From Octopus bimaculoides (Eukaryota): a stretch of 46,281 bases of DNA. The stretch covers positions 14,120,141-14,166,421 of the forward strand of contig NC_069001.1 in assembly GCF_001194135.2 (NCBI RefSeq). The letters are read 5' to 3'. Positions 1 to 12,350 of this stretch are shown here, piece after piece. The position numbers and the translations under genes are program-made. How positions within the stretch are numbered: the first letter of the stretch is position 1; the number at the start of each line of letters is the position of its first letter. The notes beneath the pieces are model-generated. The model was not told the DNA's origin and did not search any database. It was given only the letters and a program-made list of their open reading frames with translations.

Positions 1-445
1 AGAGAGAGAGAGAGAGAGATGTATATACGTATATATATACTTTATTTGTGATTAACAATGTTACCAATGGTTTCACGCTAAAAGGTTTTCCACTATCTTC
101 AAGCCGTACACTTTCCACATGAAACAATTAGCATTGTTTTTCCATCTATAAAGAACATTTATCCACCAAATGCACTCTCGTTGTTCGATACGATATATAT
201 TTGTCTGTATATAAACGCATATATATATAAATAAATAGATAATATATACACGTGCATGTACATGTATGCATACATATAAACGTATCTGCATACATACATT
301 CATACATACAAACGTAATACATACATACTAAAACACATACATACATACATGCATACGTACTTACATGCATACACACGCACACACAGACACAGTCATGTAC
401 ACGTACACACACACACACACATGTATATATGTACATATGAACATA
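1..445. repeat. AG, TA, CATA and CA microsatellite cluster
   Basis: Visible (AG)n at 1-19, TA tracts and (CATA)n/(CA)n at about 250-445. Confidence 0.9.
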
Positions 446-625
446 CATTTTTTAACAATCATGGTAAAAACCAAACATTAAACGTTATTTTTGGCAACCG
501 CCCAAAAAATCAGATTTTTCTCTAACAAATATACTCAGAATAGCGATAAAACTATTCTTTAAAAATAAATTAACCAACAAGATCGATCACTTTGCTTTGT
601 GTTTTGTTGATTTTTTTTTCTTTTC

Positions 626-672
<47 letters not shown>

Positions 673-839
673 TAGTTCGAAATATTTTTGACAACCTCCT
701 CAGTCAAAATGGCCACAACTATGAAAAATTACTGCAAGCTTATTTTGGGCGGCATCTAATTGCGGTATATAGTGTAGCATGACTGTGGAATTACTGATTA
801 CCAGCCCCACCCCACCTCACTCCACTCCCACCCTCGCAC

Positions 840-1480
840 AACAGAAGTACACATATAGACACACCACGTGTATACATACATACATACATACATACATACA
901 TACATAAGTGGACAGGCAGACAAACAGATAAATAGACAGGCAGACAGACAGATAGAGACAGACAGACAACCAGAGACAGACAGACAAATAGATAGATAGA
1001 TAGGTTATATAATATTACATTATATTGTATTTGTTGAAATTTTTAATGATGTCGGCCATTGGAAGGCAGCGATGTTGGGGTGCAGAGTTCAAACGTTTTT
1101 AACCAATCATATCGACCGCTGTACTTCTCAGTCTCGTATTTAATTTGTTGACCTATACAGTATGTATATGTGTATATATGCATGTTGGTACGTACGTATG
1201 TATGTATATCTATGCATATATATATGTATACATGTATCTGTATGAATATATATAAATATATGTGTGTATATATTTATGTATATGTGTGTGTGTGTGTTAT
1301 GTATGTGGATATATCTACGTATGCCTATGTGTATGCATTTATGTACACACGTATGCATATGCATGTGTATGTATGTGTACATGTATATATGTATGTATAT
1401 TTGCACATGTGTATGTACGTGTGTTCGTAAGTTTGTATGTATGTGTGTATATGTGTATGCATCTGTATGTATGTATCGAT
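840..1480. repeat. Compound microsatellites: (CATA)n, (GACA/GATA)n and a long degenerate (TG/TA)n
   Basis: Visible directly. These produce the YIHT/CVCV ORFs in the track. Confidence 0.9.
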
Positions 1481-1653
1481 CCCGAACGGATGAAAAATAA
1501 AGGCTGCTTTTCATCCTTTCCTGTTCGATAAACAAGACAAGAGTTTTAATCCGCTGGTGGGCGGGAGCCAATTCTTGGAACTGCCAGATATATACACACA
1601 TATGTATGCATTTATATGTATCTATACGTATGTGCTTGTGTATGTGTTTGCGT

Positions 1654-1814
1654 GCAGTATAGCCGAATGGTTAAGAAGTTGGCATCATAATCATCGAGTC
1701 CTAGTTTCGATTCCGTCCCTTGGCATCTTGGAAAGTTTCGTCTCATATATACTCGGATTAACCCATTACCTTAACACTGAAACTAAGTTGATGGAAACTG
1801 TTTAAAAGCCTGTC
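1654..1814 (+). mobile_element. Old degenerate SINE-A-like tRNA-derived head
   Basis: tagccgaatggttaagaag (A-box-like), gtttcgattcc (B-box-like), then ggcatcttggaaag and gttgatggaaactg, colinear with the SINE-A 5' half. Confidence 0.55.
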
Positions 1815-1864
1815 TAATAGATTATACCAGTAATTCAAAAAGTTATTCTCTCTCTCTCTCTCAA

Positions 1865-1903
<39 letters not shown>

Positions 1904-1930
1904 ATATACATATATGTGTGTGTGTGTGTA

Positions 1931-2807
1931 TTCGGTGAATATATTGTCGTCTAAATTACACGAAAATGAAAATAACACTGACATCTCATTTTAACAGATA
2001 AATTTACCAAAATTACCTAAACATATCTTGATATACTAAAGAGTGAATTCATTCAATAAAATCGCCATTGGCTTCAACCACGGCCTCTAGACGGCATCGG
2101 AATCTCCTGCAACTATTCTGGACGGTCTCTTTGTTTAAGATGGTGAATGCTTCCATAATCCTTGCCTTCTGTTCATCTTTGGTGTTACAAAGAATTTTGT
2201 TAGTCTCTCATTCAACTGTGCCCCACACATAATAATTAAGGGGGGTTGCAGTCTGGGGAGTTAGGTGGCCAGATGTTAGGGGTGTTGTGGTCACAGAAAT
2301 TGTCTGACAGCCATGACTGGGTTCTCCTACGTGTGTGACATGGTACACAGTCCTATTGCCACACATAGGTTCTTCCAGCAGCCACCATCTTGACCCAGGG
2401 CAGCACTACATCCTCCAGGTACTTGATGTAGACCTACCTCCGTGTTGAGTCTGAGGCCATGTGGGACGATGAACGGAGGCTTAAGCCATCACTAGTGATC
2501 ACTCCAAATACCATGATGTTGACTGGATGTTTGATTCTTATCAATCTCGGTACATATCCGCAGATTAACACCCAAACACTCTGAAATGTTCGTGTCAGAG
2601 CTTCCGGCGCGAATGCCAAGCAGTACAGCATATCGTTTCCCAATTTCTGGCAGAATGAATTGCGTCATGGTTCTGTTTTTCTCATTTTCTCACAAATAGT
2701 ACCCCACAGACCCTACCATACTGTATAGTCAACAAAATCAAAAACAAACAATGTGTATGCGCGAAATTAAAGATATAAAATGGCGACAATTTACCCGTCG
2801 CACCCTG
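1931..2807 (-). mobile_element. Internally deleted, degenerate DD37D (maT-type) Tc1/mariner transposon
   Basis: Minus strand reads HPVNIMVFGVITSDG, then WQ*DCVPCH...NIWPPNSPDCNPLNYYVWG, then RLEAVVEANGDFIE*. There are 37 residues between the second D and the third catalytic position, which is N here. One TIR ends CACCCTG at 2807 followed by TA. A partial opposite TIR lies near 1933, broken by a microsatellite. Confidence 0.85.
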
Positions 2808-2979
2808 TATATTCTTAGGCTCAGTTCTAGTAGTGGTAGTCATTTCATATTAAAATATTTACCTGGTCGGAATTGAATGAGCTATAAAGATATCGTCACA
2901 TTCTTGCGTGGATGTCGTTATCGCCAATACAATATACATTAATAACAGTAAGACCATCACTGACCGAGAAGAGGCGTTA

Positions 2980-3765
2980 GGACTAATTTTACTTTTTTTT
3001 CTACAACCGTTTATACATTTCTGTCTTTTTTTTATTCTTATGAACTGGATTGACAGGTGCAGCCATCTTGGAAGTTGTTTTATTACAAGCGAAGGGTGTG
3101 AGATCAGTCGGCTGACATTTGGAGACAATATGGTGCTACTTCGTTCATCAGAAGGTGATCTCCGGTATGCACTGAATGATTTTGGTGTCAAGTGCTACAA
3201 GGAAGGAATGGAAATTAGTGTTTCGAAGACTGAGACACTGGTTCTCTCAAGAAAGTTTTCTCATTGTACTCTGCATATTAGTGGAACATCACTGAAACAA
3301 AAATAGAAGCTTAAGGATCTTGGGGAAATATTCACGAGTGATGGGAACCAGGATACTGATTTGAATGCTCGGGGAGAAGTTGTTAAAAAGGCCAAACTTG
3401 TTGTCTTCAATTGGGCTTTCGTGCTTCTCCTCACCTCTTGTCATGAACGCTGGAGTAAAGTTACTCGACAGAAACCCAGACGTCGCTTCGAGTCGAGTCG
3501 CTACTTCTTCGCATTGAGAAATCACAGCTTCGGTACTATGGACATGCGATGAGAATATCACAGGAAAATCACAAGACGGATTCTTTAAGCTGAGCCAGCT
3601 GGCAGGACACCCAGGGGTAGACCAAAAATGAAATGGTTGAATAATAGCCATCGTCTCAGTTGGTCACGCTTGGGAATACGGCTGTAAAGTTTAAGGATGG
3701 TTGTTTCTGATAGGAACCAATGGAAGAAACGCCTGAGAACTCTACATCCGCGACTGTCTCTGAAA
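2980..3765 (+). mobile_element. Degenerate RTE/Expander-type LINE 3' fragment (RT C-terminal part)
   Basis: LFFILMNWIDRCS..GCEISRLTFGDNMVLL (decayed FADD motif), GMEISVSKTETLVLSR, KDLGEIFTSDG, then GRPKMKW...SWSRLGI. Contains stops and frameshifts. Confidence 0.8.
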
Positions 3766-4479
3766 CAGTGGGCGGGACGACAGGTGGATCGATAGATCTT
3801 TTGTTTTTACTCAGAATAGAATTAAAATATTTTAGGAGCCGAACATGGTGTTTTGGTCTTCACACTATTCTCGTTGTTCCTTTTGTTCTTTGACAACGTT
3901 TCGTCTTACGGCCAAAATCTACGATGAAAGGGGCTCCAAGTCCGATTGCTACCATTCCTTTTGTTTAGCCCAATGGTTTTCAACCATATTTTGCATACGC
4001 ATCCCTTTGATTCGTATTTTACTCAGGAACGAAGGGACCCCTCGTAACCATTTAATGTCTAAAACTACTATGTTTTTATGATTGAATATTATTAGGAATG
4101 TTCAAATATGTTGTGCATCTTAGGAATATAACAAGCTTATTGCTCATNNNNNNNNNNNNNNNNNNNNNNNNNNNNNNNNNNNNNNNNNNNNNNNNNNNNN
4201 NNNNNNNNNNNNNNNNNNNNNNNNNNNNNNNNNNNNNNNNNNNNNNNNNNNNNNNNNNNNNNNNNNNNNNNNNNNNNNNNNNNNNNNNNNNNNNNNNNNN
4301 NNNNNNNNNNNNNNNNNNNNNNNNNNNNNNNNNNNNNNNNNNNNNNNNNNNNNNNNNNNNNNNNNNNNNNNNNNNNNNNNNNNNNNNNNNNNNNNNNNNN
4401 NNNNNNNNNNNNNNNNNNNNNNNNNNNNNNNNNNNNNNNNNNNNNNNNNNNNNNNNNNNNNNNNNNNNNNNNNNNNNNN

Positions 4480-4641
4480 ACAGGCTTCTTTCAGTATCCG
4501 TCTACCAAATCCACTCACGAGGCTTTGGTCGGCCCGAGGCTATAGTAGAAGACACTTGCTCAAGGTGCCACGCAGTTGGACTGAACCCGGAACCATGTGG
4601 CTGGTAAGCAAGCTACTTACCACACAGTCACTCCTACGCCT
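4480..4641 (-). mobile_element. SINE-A (tRNA-derived) 5' half, cut by a gap
   Basis: Reverse complement is aggcgtaggagtgactgtgtggtaag...ggttcagtcc...gacggatactgaaagaagcc, near-identical to 5726-5880. Confidence 0.9.
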
Positions 4642-5064
4642 GTTATTTCCAGCAATCGACCACATTGAGATTCCCTGATTTAACGCCACTCACATCTTAC
4701 TCTTTTTCAATACAATTGGCGGCGAATTTCAAAACAATTGTGAAAGGAGGCTTTTTTTTGTTTTTTTTTAAATTTCCATCGACCAGGAAATGAAACCGCG
4801 TCGCCAAGAATCAAAACGACATACAGATCACCTCTTACATCACATTGCTCGTCCTTCAGAGAAAGACAACAACATGAATAAATTATCCTGCGTTTGTTTG
4901 TTTCTTTCTTTCCTTCTTTCTTTTCTTACACACACACACACACCCATGGACGCACGCGCACGCACACGTATCAAACTTCAACACATCTATATCTGATTGG
5001 TGGGCAACAAGACATTGGCGATCCATCGTGCGTCGTTTGTTATTTATAGAAACATTTTTAGACA

Positions 5065-5460
5065 GTGTCAAATCAATCAACCCACACAGAGAAAGAGAGA
5101 GAGAGGAGGGAGAAGGGAGACGGGGAGGAGAAGGAGGAGAAGGAGAAGTTACAGAGAGTTATGGAGAGAGTAAGAGAGAAAGAGAAAGCCACAAAGCGAG
5201 AGAGAGACGGTGAGAGAGAGAGACGTGGAGAGCGAGACGGAGAGAGAGGGGAACTACAGAAAGAGAGAGAAAGAGTAACAGATACAGAGAGAGAGAGGAT
5301 AACACAGAGTAACACTGAGAGAGAATAACAGAAATTAACAGAGAGAGAGAGAAACAAAAAGATAGGGTAACAGAGATAAAGTAACAGAGAGAGAAAGAGA
5401 GGGTAATAGAGAGAGATATAAAGTAACAGAGAGATGGTAGCGGGGAGGAGGAGATGTGAG
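5065..5460. repeat. Purine-rich degenerate minisatellite with a recurring TAACAGAG(AG)n unit
   Basis: About a dozen TAACA/TTACA/TAATA units, each followed by an AG tract. Confidence 0.75.
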
Positions 5461-5725
5461 AAGTTAGAGTAATTTCAATAAAGTTAAATCTCTCTGAAGG
5501 AAAAAAAGGAAAGGAAAAAATCCCGCAGACTTAACGTCTCTTTCGTTTCCAACCCTCGCATTAGAAGAAGAGAGAGGAATACGTTAAATTATTGTTGTTG
5601 TATGTAAGTAATGGAGATGTCTGCTCTGGATCAGTAGTACCAATTTGCTTTTATTTACTGAGCCACAGTATTTAATATCAACCAACCAACCTACCTACCT
5701 ACATAAATATTTACATACATACATC

Positions 5726-6135
5726 AGGAGTGGCTGTGTGGTAAGTAGCTTGCTTACTAACCACATGGTTCCGGGTTCAGTCCCACTGCGTGGCACCTTG
5801 GGCAAGTGTCTTCTACTATAGCTTCGGGCCGACCAAAGCCTTGTGAGTGGATTTGGTAGACGGAAACTGAAAGAAGCTCATCGTATATATGTATGTGTGT
5901 GTATATGTTTGTGTGTTTGTATTTGTCCCCCCAACATCGCTTGGCAACCGATGCTGGTGTGTTTACGTCCCCGTAACTTAGCGGTTCGGCAAAAAAGAGA
6001 CCGATAGAATAAGTACTAGGCTTACAAAGAATAAGTACTAGGCTTACAAAGAATAAGTCCTGGGGGTCGATTTGCTGGACTAAAGACGGTGCCCCAGCAT
6101 GGCCGCAGTCAAATGACTGAAATAAGTAAGAGTAA
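5726..6135 (+). mobile_element. Full-length SINE-A with an internal TA/TG microsatellite
   Basis: Head aggagtggctgtgtggtaag with B-box-like ggttcagtcc, body ...gggtcgatttgc...ggccgcagtcaaatgactgaaa, and an A-rich tail. Several copies in the window. Confidence 0.92.
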
Positions 6136-6849
6136 ATAAATACATACATACATTCATACATACACACACACACCTACATACATACATACATTCATACATA
6201 GATACACGTACACATACATAAATGCTGGTTACTCCTACTTCATAGATGATTGCCGTCTCTTCGTGCTTCCTCATTGTCAATGGCATTTCTGACTCTCCAT
6301 CCATGGCCTCTCAGACGACTAATCAATCCCATTGTAGATCTGCATGGTTTGAAGCAAAGGCGACAAACGAAAGTTGTAATTTACTGTGTACATCCAACTG
6401 ATCAGCTTTGCACACATCACCGCTCTTCTGTCGTCTTAGGGCTTTCATAAATGGGATGATAAACGAGGTTACCATAAAGGAACATTAGATTATAGTGATA
6501 AATGCTTGTACTACACAAGTACCATTTTCTGATTCCCTGTGATTAGTACCTAGTGAAAGACCGAAGAGGGATGACCAGTAATTGCATGAAACCATAGGAT
6601 TTACCTCCTCCTCAACAGCTAGGGATCCCTCACTAGTGATGATTATACTGCATGCCCTGACACCAACCAAGGGTATTTCTGCATCCTGCGCTCAGATGGG
6701 ATGTCATCACATACGCCAGTTAATCCAAAGCTGGAACCCTGACAGGTCAGAGTAGACCTAGGAACAATGGTGCCAAAGAGATGGTCGCACACTGTTCAAA
6801 ACACCGGAACACCCGAATCAGAACCCCACTACCAGATGCATATTATAAA

Positions 6850-7225
6850 CAGCGTTCAGTATACACATATTTTTTTCACGTCTGGCCGTATAGCCATTCT
6901 TGTTTATTTTCACTGTTTTCGTTTTCCTGTCTGGTTTTCTGTCCGCCACTACATTCCTCCATGGTACAAATTTTATTTAAATTTAATTTGTGGTCCGTGG
7001 GAAGAGCTATTCTAACAATGCGCCCTGCCCTAACTCTTCGAAACGCTTAGTTTTAGAATGGTGGCAGCTGATGAAGGAAATGTTCTCTATGTGGCCTGTG
7101 TATTTTCTGTACTCTGTTTTTCATTTTGTCCACGTTTTTTTGCAACGTCCTGGACCCAGATATGCATCTATATATACATGTAGATGTAGGTATGTACATG
7201 CATATACTCATATATTATTTGTATT
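6850..7225 (+). repeat. Unclassified dispersed repeat G, copy 1
   Basis: Colinear with 29912-30285 (-), 30614-30765 (-) and 33950-34258 (+). Shared core gggaagagc...ctcttcgaaacgc...ggcagctgatgaagg...gttctctatgtggc. Confidence 0.85.
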
Positions 7226-7569
7226 ACATAGATACATACATACATACATACATACATGCTCACAGGGCCAAAGCTGATACAAGCAGGAGAATCATTCCTA
7301 GATGCTGGTGGTGGGGAGGATGTATGAATCGTCGTTGAGGTGTTGTCGGAGTCAGTAAGTTTGGTGGCGGTGCGGAGAATGAGAGTAAGTTATTTGGTGT
7401 TGCTACTGATTATGGAGGTGAGAGAAGGCAGAAGTGAACGTTTTCGTAATTGCTGGGAGGGCAAAGGTTAAGGGGGTAGGGGCTTGTGATGCTAGAGAGA
7501 CTTTTCCAAGACAGGAAGGTTGATTGCAGAGAAACACAAGCAAAGACCAATCCTGGGAATACAGACAAG

Positions 7570-7600
<31 letters not shown>

Positions 7601-8302
7601 ATACACACACACACACATACACACACGCACGCGCGTGCGCACATACACATACACACACACAAACGCACACACACATTATGNNNNNNNNNNNNNNNNNNNN
7701 NNNNNNNNNNNNNNNNNNNNNNNNNNNNNNNNNNNNNNNNNNNNNNNNNNNNNNNNNNNNNNNNNNNNNNNNNNNNNNNNNNNNNNNNNNNNNNNNNNNN
7801 NNNNNNNNNNNNNNNNNNNNNNNNNNNNNNNNNNNNNNNNNNNNNNNNNNNNNNNNNNNNNNNNNNNNNNNNNNNNNNNNNNNNNNNNNNNNNNNNNNNN
7901 NNNNNNNNNNNNNNNNNNNNNNNNNNNNNNNNNNNNNNNNNNNNNNNNNNNNNNNNNNNNNNNNNNNNNNNNNNNNNNNNNNNNNNNNNNNNNNNNNNNN
8001 NNNNNNNNNNNNNNNNNNNNNNNNNNNNNNNNNNNNNNNNNNNNNNNNNNNNNNNNNNNNNNNNNNNNNNNNNNNNNNNNNNNNNNNNNNNNNNNNNNNN
8101 NNNNNNNNNNNNNNNNNNNNNNNNNNNNNNNNNNNNNNNNNNNNNNNNNNNNNNNNNNNNNNNNNNNNNNNNNNNNNNNNNNNNNNNNNNNNNNNNNNNN
8201 NNNNNNNNNNNNNNNNNNNNNNNNNNNNNNNNNNNNNNNNNNNNNNNNNNNNNNNNNNNNNNNNNNNNNNNNNNNNNNNNNNNNNNNNNNNNNNNNNNNN
8301 NN

Positions 8303-8349
<47 letters not shown>

Positions 8350-8560
8350 CACACACACACGCAAGTGCGTCTGTATGTATTCACGCACACATATATACAC
8401 ACATTTACGTATAAATAGAAATACATAGAAAACTTAGACAGACAGACAAACAAATGGATAGATAGATAAATAGATAGATGGCTAGATGGATGAATAGATA
8501 ATTAGATAGATAGATACATACATACATACATACATATATACATACGTTACACAAACACAT

Positions 8561-8688
8561 ACGACGGGCTTCTTTCAGATTCCGTCGACCAAATCCCAGG
8601 GTATTAATAGAAGCGACTAGCTCTAGATATCACTCAATAAGACTGAGTTCGGAACTATGTAGTTAATAAGCAAACTTCTTACCACACC
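8561..8688 (-). mobile_element. Degenerate, deleted SINE-A 5' fragment
   Basis: acgacgggcttctttcag..ccgtcgaccaaatcc at one end and cttcttaccacac at the other match the SINE-A reverse complement. Confidence 0.7.
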
Positions 8689-8703
8689 AATAAATAAATA
8701 TAT

Positions 8704-8736
<33 letters not shown>

Positions 8737-9153
8737 AATAAATATATATATAAATAAATATATATATAAATATATATATATATATAAATAAATATATATA
8801 TAAATATATATATATATATAAATAAATATATATATATATAAATAAATATATATATANNNNNNNNNNNNNNNNNNNNNNNNNNNNNNNNNNNNNNNNNNNN
8901 NNNNNNNNNNNNNNNNNNNNNNNNNNNNNNNNNNNNNNNNNNNNNNNNNNNNNNNNNNNNNNNNNNNNNNNNNNNNNNNNNNNNNNNNNNNNNNNNNNNN
9001 NNNNNNNNNNNNNNNNNNNNNNNNNNNNNNNNNNNNNNNNNNNNNNNNNNNNNNNNNNNNNNNNNNNNNNNNNNNNNNNNNNNNNNNNNNNNNNNNNNNN
9101 NNNNNNNNNNNNNNNNNNNNNNNNNNNNNNNNNNNNNNNNNNNNNNNNNNNNN

Positions 9154-9218
<65 letters not shown>

Positions 9219-9231
9219 CATATATATATAA

Positions 9232-9670
9232 ATGAAAAGACATGCAGTCATAGTTGTTACACATGCAAACCACAGTGATTTAGAAATTAGCAACTTTCTA
9301 AATGTTGCAAGGTCATTTGTACACAAAGTTCGGTTGGAATTGGAGGCATGTGATGGTAATGTTTCACCTGTACCAAAGAGAAAAAAAAGCATTCACAACG
9401 TCCAGACACTAAAAGGACACCGGAATTTATTCCATATCTTCAAAACATTATTAATGAAAATCCCAGAAGGTCCATGAGTTCCATTGCTAAAGAACTTCGG
9501 ATGTCAGAGTGGACTGTCAGAACTGTGGTAGATTATGATATTCGATACAAGTCCTATGTAATGACGAAAGGCCAATTTGTGTCTGCAAAAACAGGCAAAC
9601 CGTCTGATCCGTTCAAAACAGTTACTTAACAAAGTGAAAAACGCTCATGAACAAGGCATGCTTTGGTGGG
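9232..9670 (+). mobile_element. maT/Tc1-type transposase N-terminal (HTH) fragment, frameshifted
   Basis: MKRHAVIV...SDLEISNFLNVARSFVHKVR.ELE, then in other frames RTPEFI...INENPRRSMSSIAKEL.MSEWTVR.VV..DIRYKSYVM and RLIRSKQLLNKVKN. Typical maT DNA-binding region. Confidence 0.75.
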
Positions 9671-9703
9671 AAACAAACAGACATAAAGACACTCACACAT
9701 ATG

Positions 9704-9735
<32 letters not shown>

Positions 9736-10138
9736 TATATATACACACACACACACACAGATTAATGTTTTCATATACGAGTTAATTTGCTCCAGGAGAC
9801 CAATTTTGTCGGTAGACTTTTGAAAAGGTTTACATAAATGGGGAGGCACGGGTCTTATCGGATAAATGTTGACTGTTGTACTTTTCAGAGTTTACAGATC
9901 TTCTGTTGCAGGATAGTGGTTATGCAGAATAGAAACGCTTAGTTGACCACATATACACGTACGTACACGCGCATAACCTCAAACGCATTCACACATGCAT
10001 ACAGACATTGGCATTCGGTCATTCACCCAAAGTTATTTGTACTGACACATATATCTCTGTGTGTGTGAGAACTTGCATGTGTGTATGCGTGTATGAGTGT
10101 GTGTGTATATGTGTGTATGCATATATGTCTGTCTGCGC

Positions 10139-10174
<36 letters not shown>

Positions 10175-10392
10175 GTGTTTTTACATATATATACACACAC
10201 ACATATATCGTTTGAAACAGATTGTGTCCTATGTGACTCTTAGATTGGGTCCCGTAGGCTTCTTAGAGAAACCTACCTCATCGGGCTAATACATGTAACC
10301 CCTACTCTGTTGAGTACCACCTTTATGTGTATACACACACAGACGTGTACGTGTGCATGTATATATGCATATATGTTTATTAATGTATAGGT

Positions 10393-10429
<37 letters not shown>

Positions 10430-10455
10430 TATACGTATGTATGTATGTATGTATG

Positions 10456-10498
<43 letters not shown>

Positions 10499-11400
10499 NN
10501 NNNNNNNNNNNNNNNNNNNNNNNNNNNNNNNNNNNNNNNNNNNNNNNNNNNNNNNNNNNNNNNNNNNNNNNNNNNNNNNNNNNNNNNNNNNNNNNNNNNN
10601 NNNNNNNNNNNNNNNNNNNNNNNNNNNNNNNNNNNNNNNNNNNNNNNNNNNNNNNNNNNNNNNNNNNNNNNNNNNNNNNNNNNNNNNNNNNNNNNNNNNN
10701 NNNNNNNNNNNNNNNNNNNNNNNNNNNNNNNNNNNNNNNNNNNNNNNNNNNNNNNNNNNNNNNNNNNNNNNNNNNNNNNNNNNNNNNNNNNNNNNNNNNN
10801 NNNNNNNNNNNNNNNNNNNNNNNNNNNNNNNNNNNNNNNNNNNNNNNNNNNNNNNNNNNNNNNNNNNNNNNNNNNNNNNNNNNNNNNNNNNNNNNNNNNN
10901 NNNNNNNNNNNNNNNNNNNNNNNNNNNNNNNNNNNNNNNNNNNNNNNNNNNNNNNNNNNNNNNNNNNNNNNNNNNNNNNNNNNNNNNNNNNNNNNNNNNN
11001 NNNNNNNNNNNNNNNNNNNNNNNNNNNNNNNNNNNNNNNNNNNNNNNNNNNNNNNNNNNNNNNNNNNNNNNNNNNNNNNNNNNNNNNNNNNNNNNNNNNN
11101 NNNNNNNNNNNNNNNNNNNNNNNNNNNNNNNNNNNNNNNNNNNNNNNNNNNNNNNNNNNNNNNNNNNNNNNNNNNNNNNNNNNNNNNNNNNNNNNNNNNN
11201 NNNNNNNNNNNNNNNNNNNNNNNNNNNNNNNNNNNNNNNNNNNNNNNNNNNNNNNNNNNNNNNNNNNNNNNNNNNNNNNNNNNNNNNNNNNNNNNNNNNN
11301 NNNNNNNNNNNNNNNNNNNNNNNNNNNNNNNNNNNNNNNNNNNNNNNNNNNNNNNNNNNNNNNNNNNNNNNNNNNNNNNNNNNNNNNNNNNNNNNNNNNN

Positions 11401-12350
11401 GGGGGGGGGAAGCTTAAAGAGCTCTTTATAACACATCACGTTGACTTCCTTTCTCCCTTCTTTCCATCCTCCCCCCCCCATCTCGTCGCCGTTCTTTTTG
11501 TTTGATATTCTATCATTGTCAAATATTAGTGTGTGTGATGGTGGTAGTAGTGGTGATGGTATTTTTACTACGTGTGTATGTTCTTGATAGTGTTGCAGTA
11601 GTAGTAGTAGTAGTAGTAGCAGTGGTGGTGGTGGTCCTGATGTTACTCTTTGTTCTCTTTGCCATTTTGTTTTTGTTTTTTGGTCTTTATTCAGCCTTTT
11701 AATGTTTCTATGTTCGTCTTTTGTCTTTCTTAATATTAGCTTCGTTGTCATCGTCACCATAATCATCATCATCATTACGATCATCGTCGTCATGATCATC
11801 ACCATCATAAACATCTCTTTTTCCTTCTCCTCACCTTTCATAATCATCATCATCATCTTCGCCGCCGTCGTCGTCTTTTACAAAATTTGAAAGCTGTAAT
11901 GCAGGTTTTTGTTTTTGCTTCATAGTTTCACGTTCACTCTCACACATGCGCGCAAATACACACATATACGCATACATATGCATACACTCACCCCCTTACA
12001 CAAGCTTCCCCCTCTCTCTTTCTCTGCCATCAAATACACACTCCCCTTTTTCTCTCTCCCCCTCGCTTCCTCTCTTTCCCCTTCGCTCTCTCTCACTATT
12101 TCTCCATCTCTCTACCTTTCTATTTCCCCTCTCTCTTCCCTCACTCCTTTCTCTCTCTCCTCTCTCTCTATCTCTCTCCCTCCTTTTCTCTCTCTCTGTC
12201 TCTTTCTTTCTGCCATGCACAAACACTCCTCTCTCCCCTCTCTCACTCACCATTTATTTTTGTTTTAATTCCTTTTGTCTTCATATCGTCTTCCTTTTTT
12301 CTTTTCTGTTTTTTATTTATTATTTAATTAATTAATTGATTAATTAATTA
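11401..12350. repeat. Low-complexity block: GTA/GTG, ATC and CT-rich simple repeats
   Basis: Visible directly between two gaps. Confidence 0.85.

Noticed and set aside
5028-5357. Arg/Glu-rich ORFs
   Set aside because: Translation of the AG-rich repeat.
7028-7085. Functional hammerhead in repeat G (GAAAC followed by CTGATGA)
   Set aside because: Half motifs are in reversed order, there is no room for stem I after an NUH triplet, and stem II pairing with the CTGATGA side is not conserved between copies.
7410-11856. Long ORFs of 200-527 aa in the track, and similar ones at 27813-28896, 40498-41547 and 43339-44049
   Set aside because: They are mostly X from N-gaps plus YI/CV/HT dinucleotide translations, so they are not genes.
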